64,000 bases of DNA. Origin: Chloroflexota bacterium. Its GTDB lineage: Bacteria > Chloroflexota > Dehalococcoidia > Lucifugimonadales > GCA-002723415. A program made the position numbers and the translations under genes. Shown piece after piece: positions 27,387-36,529 of this stretch (position 1 is its first letter; each line of letters opens with the position of its first letter). The notes beneath the pieces are model-generated. The model saw nothing but the letters and a program-made list of their open reading frames with translations. It ran no database searches and had not been told where the DNA came from. The stretch lies in assembly GCA_002723415.1 (NCBI GenBank), contig PBOA01000008.1:5607-69606 (forward strand), in the 5' to 3' direction.

Positions 27387-28340
27387 TTATTTTTTTTGTG
27401 GAGGTACTGGATTAATTAATCCATTTGACAATGTAAATGGGATCAATTCCTCAAGTTCACTTAAGGTCCATCTACCATTTTTGTGTATAGTTCTTTCTAT
27501 ATGTCTAGGTGAATATAAATCTAAAGGCCAACCGTTAGTTCCTATCACTTGTCCCGTAATATTTCCTGCTGCTTCAGTACATAAATATGCAGCTTTTGGA
27601 GCATTATTAGCAGGATCCATATAATCTTCAGGGAAATCCCAATAAGACATTTCTGTAGATCCGTCATCTTCACTCCCTCCATGAGTTTGTTCAGATAGAT
27701 CTTTTCTAAGATCTCTAGTTGACTGAGGAACAGATTGAGCCATACGAGTATTACCACCAGGATATACAGCATTAGCTGTAATTCCGAATATTGATAATTC
27801 TCTTGAAATAGCTCTTACAAATCCCACCATACCTTCTTTAGCTGAAGCATAATTTGCTTGCCCTGAAGCGCCTAATCCTGAACCAGAAGAAAACAATACT
27901 ATTCTTCCGTAATTTTGCTCAATCATATGAGGAACTACATGTCTTACCATGTTGAATGCCCCATATAAATGAACTTTTAGGACAGCATCCCATTCATCTT
28001 CTGTCATATTAAATACCATTCGATCTCTTAGTATGCCAGCAACATGGCACATAATATCAACTCGTCCAAAATTATCTATTGCAGTTTGAACAATTTTTCC
28101 AGCAGTTTCAAATTCAGCAACAGATTCACCTGATGCTACAGCATTACCACCTAAGGATTTGATTTCTTCAACTACTTTTTGAGCTGGAGTAAGGTCTGAG
28201 CCTTCTCCTTCTAGTGAGCCTCCAAGGTCATTAATAACTACAGCGGCTCCTTCATCAACTAATTGCAATGCAGTATCTCTACCAATTCCTCGTCCAGATC
28301 CAGTTACTATTGCTACTCTACCTTCGAGTCTATTACCCAT
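27387..28340 (-). CDS. SDR oxidoreductase, MFE-2/HSD17B4-type (3R-hydroxyacyl-CoA dehydrogenase-like) with C-terminal extension
   Basis: TGSGRGIGR, VVINDLGG...GEGS, VHLYGAF, catalytic Ser (FSSGSG) and Y-x-x-x-K (NYASAK). GAGGTG SD upstream. Confidence 0.8.
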   Translation of the reverse strand: MGNRLEGRVAIVTGSGRGIGRDTALQLVDEGAAVVINDLGGSLEGEGSDLTPAQKVVEEIKSLGGNAVASGESVAEFETAGKIVQTAIDNFGRVDIMCHVAGILRDRMVFNMTEDEWDAVLKVHLYGAFNMVRHVVPHMIEQNYGRIVLFSSGSGLGASGQANYASAKEGMVGFVRAISRELSIFGITANAVYPGGNTRMAQSVPQSTRDLRKDLSEQTHGGSEDDGSTEMSYWDFPEDYMDPANNAPKAAYLCTEAAGNITGQVIGTNGWPLDLYSPRHIERTIHKNGRWTLSELEELIPFTLSNGLINPVPPQKK

Positions 28341-28371
28341 TTTTTACACCTCATTTGAAATTCAATTTGTC

Positions 28372-29295
28372 TTAATATCCGTTACCAATTATTTTGGGAA
28401 ATAATACATCCATTTCATCCATCGTAAATTTCCCACGTTTATAAACACTTTTTTCAGCTTTAGGATTTGAGTATAAAAATATACTTCCTCTTCTAACTCC
28501 AAAAATATAACCATTTATATTAGGAGAAGCATTAGTGGACAAATACACGGCTAGTGGAGCTATATTTTTGGGGTCATCTGGATGACCAGGACCTTCCCAT
28601 TCATCAATAACAGGCGATGGACCAATTCCAGCTCTTTCATCGGGTGTTGGATAAGGGCCTTCAGGTATTTTAAATTCATCAGTTGTGCCTGGGAAACTTC
28701 TTGTTTGAGCCATTGCAGAAATGCCATTAGCCGTTACTCCATATTTACCTAAATCTCTTGCAAGTGTTCTAGTTAGTCCAGCTAAACCTTCAGAGCTTGC
28801 TGCAAAATTTGATCTTCCTATATCACCAAGTCCAGCATCAGAAGTTAGGTTGACAATTTTTCCACTTCTTTGTTGTCTGAATACTATAGCAGCGAATTTT
28901 GAAACTGTAAAAGCTGCTTTTAGGTTATTGGTTATTACATTATCCCAGTCTTCAGGAGTCATTTGAAAAATCATTCTATCTCTTAATGTAACAGTACTAG
29001 TAATTAATATATCAATTTTCCCAAAATTATCTATAGCAGATTTAATAGTCTTTTCTGCTCCATCCATTTCTGCGACATTGTTATAATTTGCTATAGCTTT
29101 ACCCCCTTGACTTGTTATTTCAGCGACGGCACTGTCAGCAGGGATATTTGAAGAACCTGACCCGTCTATGTCACATCCCAGGTCATTTACAACTATCGAA
29201 GCACCTTCTTCTGCAAGTAAAAGAGATATTGCTTTTCCTATACCTCTTCCCCCTCCAGTTACAACGGCTACTTTTTCTTTTAATCGATCTCCCAT
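28372..29295 (-). CDS. SDR-fold paralogue lacking the catalytic Tyr/Lys (probable non-catalytic partner)
   Basis: TGGGRGIGK and VVNDLG are retained, but the aligned Y-x-x-x-K is NFAASS (Tyr to Phe, Lys to Ser) and NAG/VAG is TSTV. Start moved to ATG 29295 behind GGAGGA. Confidence 0.75.
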   Translation of the reverse strand: MGDRLKEKVAVVTGGGRGIGKAISLLLAEEGASIVVNDLGCDIDGSGSSNIPADSAVAEITSQGGKAIANYNNVAEMDGAEKTIKSAIDNFGKIDILITSTVTLRDRMIFQMTPEDWDNVITNNLKAAFTVSKFAAIVFRQQRSGKIVNLTSDAGLGDIGRSNFAASSEGLAGLTRTLARDLGKYGVTANGISAMAQTRSFPGTTDEFKIPEGPYPTPDERAGIGPSPVIDEWEGPGHPDDPKNIAPLAVYLSTNASPNINGYIFGVRRGSIFLYSNPKAEKSVYKRGKFTMDEMDVLFPKIIGNGY

Positions 29296-29382
29296 AAAAT
29301 CCTCCAAAATAAGATTTGGTAAATTAAATTAATTAATATTATAAACGCATATTAGGTTTTTTGCTATTTTTATTATAGATGA

Positions 29383-31641
29383 TTAAGGTAAAATTTCTCC
29401 AGATGAAAATTTTCTTAAAACATTTTCTGTCATTATGGATATATCGTTATCATAATTATTATAAGATAAAGATCCACACCAACTTATTGAGCCTACAGAG
29501 AAAACAGCTCCTCCATTTAATTTTTTTAAATAAACAATATCAGATCTAACTAAATCGCTTTTTGTTCCTCCTTCATCGGGATTCATTGCTACAACTTCTT
29601 CAACAACATGTTGATATGCATCAGAGAAATCTTGAGCACTCGCAATTAATTTAGCATTTGCTGGAGTTCCTAGTTTTTTGTCAGCCCTATCAATTTCAAA
29701 GCCTGCTGCTCCATCCATAACTAGTCCGTGATTACCAAGTGGCTGGTTTGTATTGACACCTTCAAAAATAAACTTAGTTTCATTATTGATACTTTCTTTT
29801 GATATTTTATAAGGAATACTTACATCAAATCCTTGAGAAGTGAATCCAACGCCAACATTTTTCTGAGGAGGTAGTCCTCTGTGTTTCCATATCCCTCCTA
29901 ATTCTCCTGTTGTACTATGGTAATATTCTCCTGGATTTGCTTCATATGTTTCAGTTCCATGCCACCTTCGAACTTCTAAAATATGTGGATTTTCGGTGTC
30001 AAAAGACGTCACCCAATAGAAACCATTACCCCCTAAATACATTAATTTACCACTAGTAGAAGTATATTTATTTAGAGATTGCAGCATAGTATGTGTCCAA
30101 TATTCTGGATGAGCGCCTGTGATAACAACTTTATATGGTTCAATGAGTTTATGCCCTTCATTATTGAGGTCTTCATCTGTTATAACATCGTAATTGAATC
30201 CTTTTTGTTCTAGCCAATCAATTAAATGTAGATCTGCTGACAAGGATATTGGAGCTGACTCTCCTAGTCCTAATAGAGTTGCTCTTGTATGAGGTCTAAG
30301 GTTCATCATAGGTCGCATTCTGGAAGAGTAAAAAACTCCACTTCCATCAGAATGAAAATCATATAAACTTAATAGGTTATTATTAATAATATATTCATTT
30401 TCGTTGGGGGTATAAATATTGGATGCAGGAGGTTTATTTACTAAATCTCTATATCTTTTTATTCGAGATTCTGCAATTTTTTGATTCCAGTTAGCATAGG
30501 CTATGTATGTTGCAGTAGGAACCAAGAAGACTATTTTGGAGTTTTGAGTTCCTTTTTGAGGGCGAACAAAGAAGGGGATATAGTCAATATGATTTTTTGC
30601 GGTAATTTTGACAGCATATATTCCACTTTTCCATTTTTTAGAAATTTTTAAGGTAAAAGTTTTTTTCCAATTACAGTCTGCAAGATCATCATCATGAAAA
30701 TATATAGCCCCATATTGTTCCAATTTGTTGGTATAATTAATTTCAGTTCCATCCCAATTATGTCCTGTCATAGCTCTAGCAGGCTGATTGATACTAGTTC
30801 CGTCAATATTATTATTGGAAATATCCTTAATAATGTTTGATGAAATATTTTTGGAGAAATCCCAAAAGGCTATCAAAGATTTTTTAGAAAGCATGGAAAA
30901 TTCATCATTGTATAGAAGTGCTCTTTGTGTGCTATTTAGGGTTTTTCCAAATATTTTTGGAGACTCTATTTTTCCATTAAAATGTTTATACATAAATTTA
31001 TGGTTTTTTGATGCCCCAATGAATATATCTTCACTTATATTGGGAAAATTATATGTAGAGAGGGATGTTTCCTTAAAGGAGTAAGAATTGTCGTTGGGTA
31101 ATAAATTTAATGGTTTTTGTTCTAGGTATAGTTTATTAGATATATTGTCATACATTATTAATATAAAATACCATTCATGAGTTCGGATTGTTTTTTCAGA
31201 ATTCATGGACAACTTATTTCCATTATTATTTATGGATATATTTAATTCACCAGCATTGCTGATTTCTATTTCTATATAAGAATTTTCCCCTGATTGGGAT
31301 ATGATTACTTGATTATCTTCATAAGGTTTGGTTGGGTATATCCAAGTTTGAAAGGTGAAGCTTTTGTTGAAGTTAATCTGTTTTGGATTGTTAATTTTTA
31401 TATATGAGCCAGTGTGAATAGTTTGAATGCTTCCTTTATAAAAACCATCTATATTTGAGGGGACTTTATTTTCTTTGTGGCCTGGCCCACTAGGATTTGT
31501 ATCGCCGTGTATTAACCTGACAACTTCAGCTTTGAATTTAGGTTCAGTTGAGCTAATCATGAAGTCTAATTCTTCGCAAGGCTGAACACTTAATTTGTTA
31601 CTATAGCCTACTAGGTGATTATCTTTAGAAATTGATTGCAA
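29383..31641 (-). CDS. N,N-dimethylformamidase large (beta) subunit family protein with LamG/concanavalin-like N-terminal region
   Basis: 752 aa. N-terminus LVGYSNKLSVQPCEELDFMISS...VRLIHGDTNPSGPG and later HPEYWT, YLGGNGFYW and GGAVFSVGSISWCGSL match my memory of this family (large subunit about 760 aa). No small-subunit gene is adjacent. Confidence 0.5.
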   Translation of the reverse strand: MQSISKDNHLVGYSNKLSVQPCEELDFMISSTEPKFKAEVVRLIHGDTNPSGPGHKENKVPSNIDGFYKGSIQTIHTGSYIKINNPKQINFNKSFTFQTWIYPTKPYEDNQVIISQSGENSYIEIEISNAGELNISINNNGNKLSMNSEKTIRTHEWYFILIMYDNISNKLYLEQKPLNLLPNDNSYSFKETSLSTYNFPNISEDIFIGASKNHKFMYKHFNGKIESPKIFGKTLNSTQRALLYNDEFSMLSKKSLIAFWDFSKNISSNIIKDISNNNIDGTSINQPARAMTGHNWDGTEINYTNKLEQYGAIYFHDDDLADCNWKKTFTLKISKKWKSGIYAVKITAKNHIDYIPFFVRPQKGTQNSKIVFLVPTATYIAYANWNQKIAESRIKRYRDLVNKPPASNIYTPNENEYIINNNLLSLYDFHSDGSGVFYSSRMRPMMNLRPHTRATLLGLGESAPISLSADLHLIDWLEQKGFNYDVITDEDLNNEGHKLIEPYKVVITGAHPEYWTHTMLQSLNKYTSTSGKLMYLGGNGFYWVTSFDTENPHILEVRRWHGTETYEANPGEYYHSTTGELGGIWKHRGLPPQKNVGVGFTSQGFDVSIPYKISKESINNETKFIFEGVNTNQPLGNHGLVMDGAAGFEIDRADKKLGTPANAKLIASAQDFSDAYQHVVEEVVAMNPDEGGTKSDLVRSDIVYLKKLNGGAVFSVGSISWCGSLSYNNYDNDISIMTENVLRKFSSGEILP

Positions 31642-31672
31642 AATTAATTTACCTGTTCTTAGTTAGGATATT

Positions 31673-34327
31673 TTAAATTGGGTTTCCATTATAATCTATT
31701 TTTACTATAGGTAAACCTATAGTTTCTATTTCAGATATTATTTTTTGATAATCGCCAACAATTAATATTTTGAGTTGGTCAGCTAAAATTCTTTTTTTAC
31801 TTACTTCAATTATTTCATCTAAAGTTAATTGGTTTAATTGATCAGGTAATTTAGAATAATAATTTAAGTCTAAATTAAATAAGGGTATATTAGAAATTTG
31901 TCTGATTATTTGTCTCAGAGTTTCAAATTGATTTGGAAGGTTTTTTAGAATACTTTGTTTGGTAATATTAAATTCTTTTTTTGAAACAAGCCTTGAAGAG
32001 TTTAATTCGCTATATTCTTTAATGGTTTCTAGTATGCTTTCTTTAGTGACAGTTGTATCTACTGAGCCCCCAGATATGAATGGAGAATTTACGCTTGACC
32101 ATTGAATAGCAGATGAAAAACCATAGGTATATCCTTTATCTTGTCTAAGGTTCATATTTAATCTTGCTGCAAAATGTCCGCCAAATAAATAGTTGTTAAA
32201 ACTTAAAGGTAAGAATTCGCTATGTTTTCTCGGAATTGTTAAATGTGCTATGCGTATTAATGATTGAGCTGCTCCAGGTTTATCAATTATATATATTTTC
32301 GACTCAGTATTTGCAGGTATATTAGGTTCAAATTTGTTTGTTAAATTTGATGATGAAATCGTCCATTTCCCAAAATATTTATCTAAGTTTTCAAATGTTT
32401 CTTTTTCATTGATATCTCCAGCTATTAATAAATATGTATTTGAAGGAGTAATGAACCTTTTACAGTAATCATAAATATTTTTTTGGTTAATTGATTTAAC
32501 AGACTCATTATTACCTTTTATAGGGTGTCCATAAGGTGTTTCATTTCCATAAAGTAATGATTGTATGCCTCTTGATGCAATAATGGATGGGTTGTCATTA
32601 ATTCTATTTAAATCAACAGTTGTTTCAGCAATTAATCTGTCAATTTCTGTTTGGGGGTATGTAGAACATTGTATTATATCGGATAGAATTTGAATCGTTG
32701 GCACAAAATTTTCTTTAGTAGTGTTAATTTGAATTTCTATAGATTCTTTTCGGATTTCTATATTTAAGTGCGAGCCTAAAATTTCTAATTTATGAGCAAT
32801 ATCCTGACTAGAAAAATTTGAAGTTCCTTCGTTTAGCATTAATCCAGCAATATAAGAGAGTCCTGGAAGATTTTTGGGGTCATAAATTGATCCTGCATTA
32901 AATATTAATGAAATTTCGATTAAAGGTAGATTAGATTTTTGTATATGTAATATGTTTAATCCATTATTTAATTTAATTGATTTCGGTACAGGAATTTCAA
33001 AATTAGACAATATTTTTGGTTTAGGTTTGTTTGTTCTAATAATATCTATTTTTGTGTATTTTAAATTTTTTTCAGGCAATATGGATAATTTTACTGAATT
33101 AGATTTCAGATTATGTAAAATAGATCCATGTAATGATTCGGGTGTTACATTCATATATCTCTCTAAATCAGAGTTTATTTTATTTGGATCATTTGCCATT
33201 ATGTTGTAATAATTTAATTGGTCAGCTTTTCCTCCAAAACCTCCACATTTTTCTAATTGTCGAATAAATTGAGCTTTTATTATATTTTTTGATTTTAAAA
33301 TTTCATCATAATTTATAGGTTTCTCTTGAATTGATTTAAGTTCTTCTTCTATTAAAAATTCAATTTCTGATAGAGTATGATTTTTATTTGCTGTTACCTC
33401 TATAACAAACTCTCCAGCGATTTCTTGAGAATATTGATATACATTAATGTCTTTTGCTATTTGTGTTTCGTAAACTAATTTTTTATAAAGCCTTGAACTT
33501 TTTCCATATCCTAAAATAATTGATAATAATTCTAATTCAGGTTGGTGTAATTTGAAATCCGGCACAGTTGGCCAAGCTATATATAATTTAGGTAATGTAA
33601 CTTTATCTCTTTCAGATAAAATTACATTCCCTTTTAATTGGGAATCTATTTGATGGATTTTATTAATTTCTTTTCCTGGTGGTATAGGCCCATAATATTT
33701 TTCTACGAGTTTTATTGTTTGTTCTTTATTGATATCTCCAGCAATAGAAATACTAGCATTTGAAGGGTGATAGTATTTGTTGAAGAAATTTTTTACATCA
33801 GATAAATGTGCTGAGTCAAGGTCTTCCATATAACCAATTGTTGGCCAATTATATGGATGGGGAGTAGGGAAGAGTTTTGATTGTAATATTAAATGAGCCA
33901 TTCCATAAGGTTGATTTTCATAATTCTCTCTTCGTTCATTTTTTACAACTTCTCTTTGTATGTTAAATCTTTTTTCATCTAAAGCATCTAGTAAAAAGCC
34001 CATTCTGTCAGATTCTAGCCATAATACTAATTCTAAATAATTTGAAGGTATATTTTCCCAATAATTTGTTCGATCAGACGATGTGGATCCATTTAAAGTA
34101 GCTCCGATTTCTTGCAAAGGTTTAAAAAAACTTTCATTATGGTTTTTTGATCCTTCAAACATTATATGTTCAAATAGATGAGCAAATCCTGTTTGTCCTG
34201 AATTTTCATTTTTTGATCCAACATGGAACCATGTGTTAACTGATATGAAAGGAATAGAATGGTCTTCATGTAGTATTAAATCTAGACCATTATTCAGAGT
34301 TATTTTTTCATAAGGTATTTTTAGCAT
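31673..34327 (-). CDS. Fused two-unit M16 (pitrilysin/insulinase) family zinc peptidase
   Basis: The first unit has the inverted zinc motif H-x-x-E-H (HLFEHIMFEGS). The second unit (about residues 450-884) is homologous but lacks it (GLMLNEGT). Confidence 0.85.
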   Translation of the reverse strand: MLKIPYEKITLNNGLDLILHEDHSIPFISVNTWFHVGSKNENSGQTGFAHLFEHIMFEGSKNHNESFFKPLQEIGATLNGSTSSDRTNYWENIPSNYLELVLWLESDRMGFLLDALDEKRFNIQREVVKNERRENYENQPYGMAHLILQSKLFPTPHPYNWPTIGYMEDLDSAHLSDVKNFFNKYYHPSNASISIAGDINKEQTIKLVEKYYGPIPPGKEINKIHQIDSQLKGNVILSERDKVTLPKLYIAWPTVPDFKLHQPELELLSIILGYGKSSRLYKKLVYETQIAKDINVYQYSQEIAGEFVIEVTANKNHTLSEIEFLIEEELKSIQEKPINYDEILKSKNIIKAQFIRQLEKCGGFGGKADQLNYYNIMANDPNKINSDLERYMNVTPESLHGSILHNLKSNSVKLSILPEKNLKYTKIDIIRTNKPKPKILSNFEIPVPKSIKLNNGLNILHIQKSNLPLIEISLIFNAGSIYDPKNLPGLSYIAGLMLNEGTSNFSSQDIAHKLEILGSHLNIEIRKESIEIQINTTKENFVPTIQILSDIIQCSTYPQTEIDRLIAETTVDLNRINDNPSIIASRGIQSLLYGNETPYGHPIKGNNESVKSINQKNIYDYCKRFITPSNTYLLIAGDINEKETFENLDKYFGKWTISSSNLTNKFEPNIPANTESKIYIIDKPGAAQSLIRIAHLTIPRKHSEFLPLSFNNYLFGGHFAARLNMNLRQDKGYTYGFSSAIQWSSVNSPFISGGSVDTTVTKESILETIKEYSELNSSRLVSKKEFNITKQSILKNLPNQFETLRQIIRQISNIPLFNLDLNYYSKLPDQLNQLTLDEIIEVSKKRILADQLKILIVGDYQKIISEIETIGLPIVKIDYNGNPI

Positions 34328-34401
34328 TGAATTAATTATCTATTGAAATTTCTATATTTATTATAATTATATCATTCTGTTCTTGTAAAATTTAGTTGTT
34401 G

Positions 34402-35310
34402 TCAATTTATTTGCGTATTTGTTCTAAGTTTTACTTTTGAGCGGTTTTCTTGAAGCGTTGAAGATATGACTCTTTCGTGATTTTCCCATCCATTATTCAT
34501 TGCTTCTAATATTTCCATTTCACATAAATTAACTAATCTTGTTGGTACTTTGTTTTCAAAACCTAAATTATTGAAAAGACGATAGTCTTTATATGCAAGT
34601 TTTAAAAAGAAATGGCTAGGTAGAAATTTTCCTTTAAAAAGAGTTTCTGGCATTCGTTTGTACAGACTTGAGTTTTCACCTAATATTTTTGCTTTATCTA
34701 CTGCCTTTAATAAATTATTTAAATTAACTCCTGATTTAACTGCAAGAGTGAAGCATTCTGTCATTAATAGATCTATACCCATAGTGAGGGCATTAACGCT
34801 TATTTTTGTTGTTGTTCCACTTCCAAGTTTACCTACGAAAACTACTTCATTTCCTATAGAATATAATAGTTTTTCTACTTTTTTAAAAATTGAAAAATCT
34901 CCTCCTACATAAAAAGTTAAAATCCCTTTGCTTATGCTTTGACGATCTCCCATTACTGGAGCATCTATCATGAAAGATTTTTTTTTGTTAATAAATTCTC
35001 CTGTTTTTTTTATAAATTCAGGGGAATTTGTAGTGTGGTCAATATAAATTGTATTTGGGTTTAATCCAGAAAGTACCCCATCATCCCCATATACTACTTT
35101 TTCTGCTTCTATTTCACTAGGTAACATAGTACAGATAATACTACTACGTAACGCTACTTCTTTAGGTGATTCGGCCCATTGCGCACCATTTTGCATAAGT
35201 TTTTCAGCAGATTTTTTATTTATATCGTGAATAATTAATTCGTATCCTTGCTTCATTAATGAAGCAGCCATTGCATTGCCCATGTTGCCTATACCAATAA
35301 AACCTATCAT
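34402..35310 (-). CDS. NAD(P)-dependent oxidoreductase, 3-hydroxyisobutyrate/6-phosphogluconate dehydrogenase (HIBADH) family
   Basis: MIGFIGIGNMGNAMA Rossmann motif and GxGxxxKxxxN-like GSGTTTKISVNAL. ATGA overlap with the upstream hydrolase gene. Confidence 0.8.
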   Translation of the reverse strand: MIGFIGIGNMGNAMAASLMKQGYELIIHDINKKSAEKLMQNGAQWAESPKEVALRSSIICTMLPSEIEAEKVVYGDDGVLSGLNPNTIYIDHTTNSPEFIKKTGEFINKKKSFMIDAPVMGDRQSISKGILTFYVGGDFSIFKKVEKLLYSIGNEVVFVGKLGSGTTTKISVNALTMGIDLLMTECFTLAVKSGVNLNNLLKAVDKAKILGENSSLYKRMPETLFKGKFLPSHFFLKLAYKDYRLFNNLGFENKVPTRLVNLCEMEILEAMNNGWENHERVISSTLQENRSKVKLRTNTQIN

Positions 35311-36119
35311 TCTTCTTTCTCCTTTTCTATTTTATTAATGAATTTCGACAATTCATTTATAAATGTAAACATATCTTCTGTAATTGCTCTATGACCAGCA
35401 TTAGCTAAATTAATATGAAAAGAATTTCTTAGATTGTTTTCAAGTAAATCTGATTGATATTGAGGAGTAATAATATCATCTTGACCAGAAACTATTAAGC
35501 AAGGAGTTGAAATTTTATTTAACCAAGTTCGAGAGTCAAATTGAAGCATAGAATTGACTTGTATTTCATATGTAAAAAAAGGAGTTAAATCTGGATGATT
35601 TATAGATTTCTTAATAGTTTTATAAAGCCAATCAGTGTTAGATAAAGTATTTTTACTATACATCAATGCAGCAGTTACATAAAAAAAGTCTTTGGGGTTT
35701 AATCTCTTAGCTAAAATTGGTAATGAAGACCATATCAGAGAAGTTCTTGAGTCAACAAAAGCTATGGTACTACAAAGTGTTAGACTTCTACAGATTTCAG
35801 GATGTTTATATGCTATTACTTGAGCAATTAATCCTCCCATTGATTGTCCTATTATATGAGCAGATTTTATGTTGAGTTTCTTAAGTAGTTTAATTGTATC
35901 TTGTGCCATATCATTAATAGAATAAGGTTCTGAAGGCTTATCTGATTTACCTACACCTCTGTTATCTATTGAAATACATCTGAAAGTTTTATTTAATTTT
36001 TCTACAATTACTTCCCAAGTGTCTAGTCTTGATCCTACTCCAGATAAAAAAACTAATGGAATTCCTTTGCCGGATTGATGGAAGTGTAGATTTATACCAT
36101 TTATCTTTGATGAAGGCAT
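35307..36119 (-). CDS. Alpha/beta-fold hydrolase
   Basis: Nucleophile elbow GQSMGG, HG-like oxyanion region (LVFLSGVGS) and C-terminal GH (NAGHRA). Start moved to ATG 36119 behind GAGGAG. Confidence 0.75.
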   Translation of the reverse strand: MPSSKINGINLHFHQSGKGIPLVFLSGVGSRLDTWEVIVEKLNKTFRCISIDNRGVGKSDKPSEPYSINDMAQDTIKLLKKLNIKSAHIIGQSMGGLIAQVIAYKHPEICRSLTLCSTIAFVDSRTSLIWSSLPILAKRLNPKDFFYVTAALMYSKNTLSNTDWLYKTIKKSINHPDLTPFFTYEIQVNSMLQFDSRTWLNKISTPCLIVSGQDDIITPQYQSDLLENNLRNSFHINLANAGHRAITEDMFTFINELSKFINKIEKEKEE

Positions 36120-36159
36120 ATAAGTGCTCCTCATTAGTTGGTTATATTAAATTTTAGTA

Positions 36160-36188
36160 TTGATGATAGCTTTACGCCATGCTAAACT
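36160..36188 (+). promoter_or_regulatory. Candidate sigma70-type promoter for gatCA (TTGATG-17 nt-TAAACT)
   Basis: -35 TTGATG at 36160-36165, exact 17-nt spacer, -10 TAAACT at 36183-36188. GGAG SD at 36204-36207, ATG at 36213. Confidence 0.4.
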
Positions 36189-36212
36189 GATTTTAATCTT
36201 TATGGAGTTAAA

Positions 36213-36506
36213 ATGTCTATAAATCAAGATGATATTATGCATATTGCAAACCTTGCGAGAATTGGTTTGTCTAAAGAAGATGTTAGTAATTTACAAGTTG
36301 AGATGGCTAATATTCTAGAGCATTTTGAAGTGTTAAAAAATATTGAGGTTAATAAAAAAGAACCTTTGATTCAATCAGATGAAATACAAAGTGTTACTAG
36401 AGAAGATTTAAATAATAATACTTTATCTAATATGAATAGCTCTATGTTATCAAATGCTCCGGAGTTACAAGAAGGCTTTATAAAAATACAATCTGTATTT
36501 GAATAA
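36213..36506 (+). CDS. gatC: Asp-tRNA(Asn)/Glu-tRNA(Gln) amidotransferase subunit C
   Basis: 97 aa, with the typical HIANLARIGLSKEDV N-terminus, immediately upstream of gatA. Confidence 0.88.
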   Translation: MSINQDDIMHIANLARIGLSKEDVSNLQVEMANILEHFEVLKNIEVNKKEPLIQSDEIQSVTREDLNNNTLSNMNSSMLSNAPELQEGFIKIQSVFE

Positions 36507-36529
36507 TAATTGTTCATAGAGTATATATA

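Noticed and set aside
27292-27624. 110-aa plus-strand ORF bridging cvpA and the SDR gene
   Set aside because: It is antisense to two well-supported minus-strand genes and has no motif.
27387-29307. Locally higher G+C than surrounding DNA, as a possible sign of horizontal acquisition
   Set aside because: This was judged by eye only. The same enrichment appears in other Gly/Ala-rich conserved enzymes here (MCM, E1), so amino-acid composition explains it. No flanking repeats, tRNA-adjacent integration or mobility genes are present.
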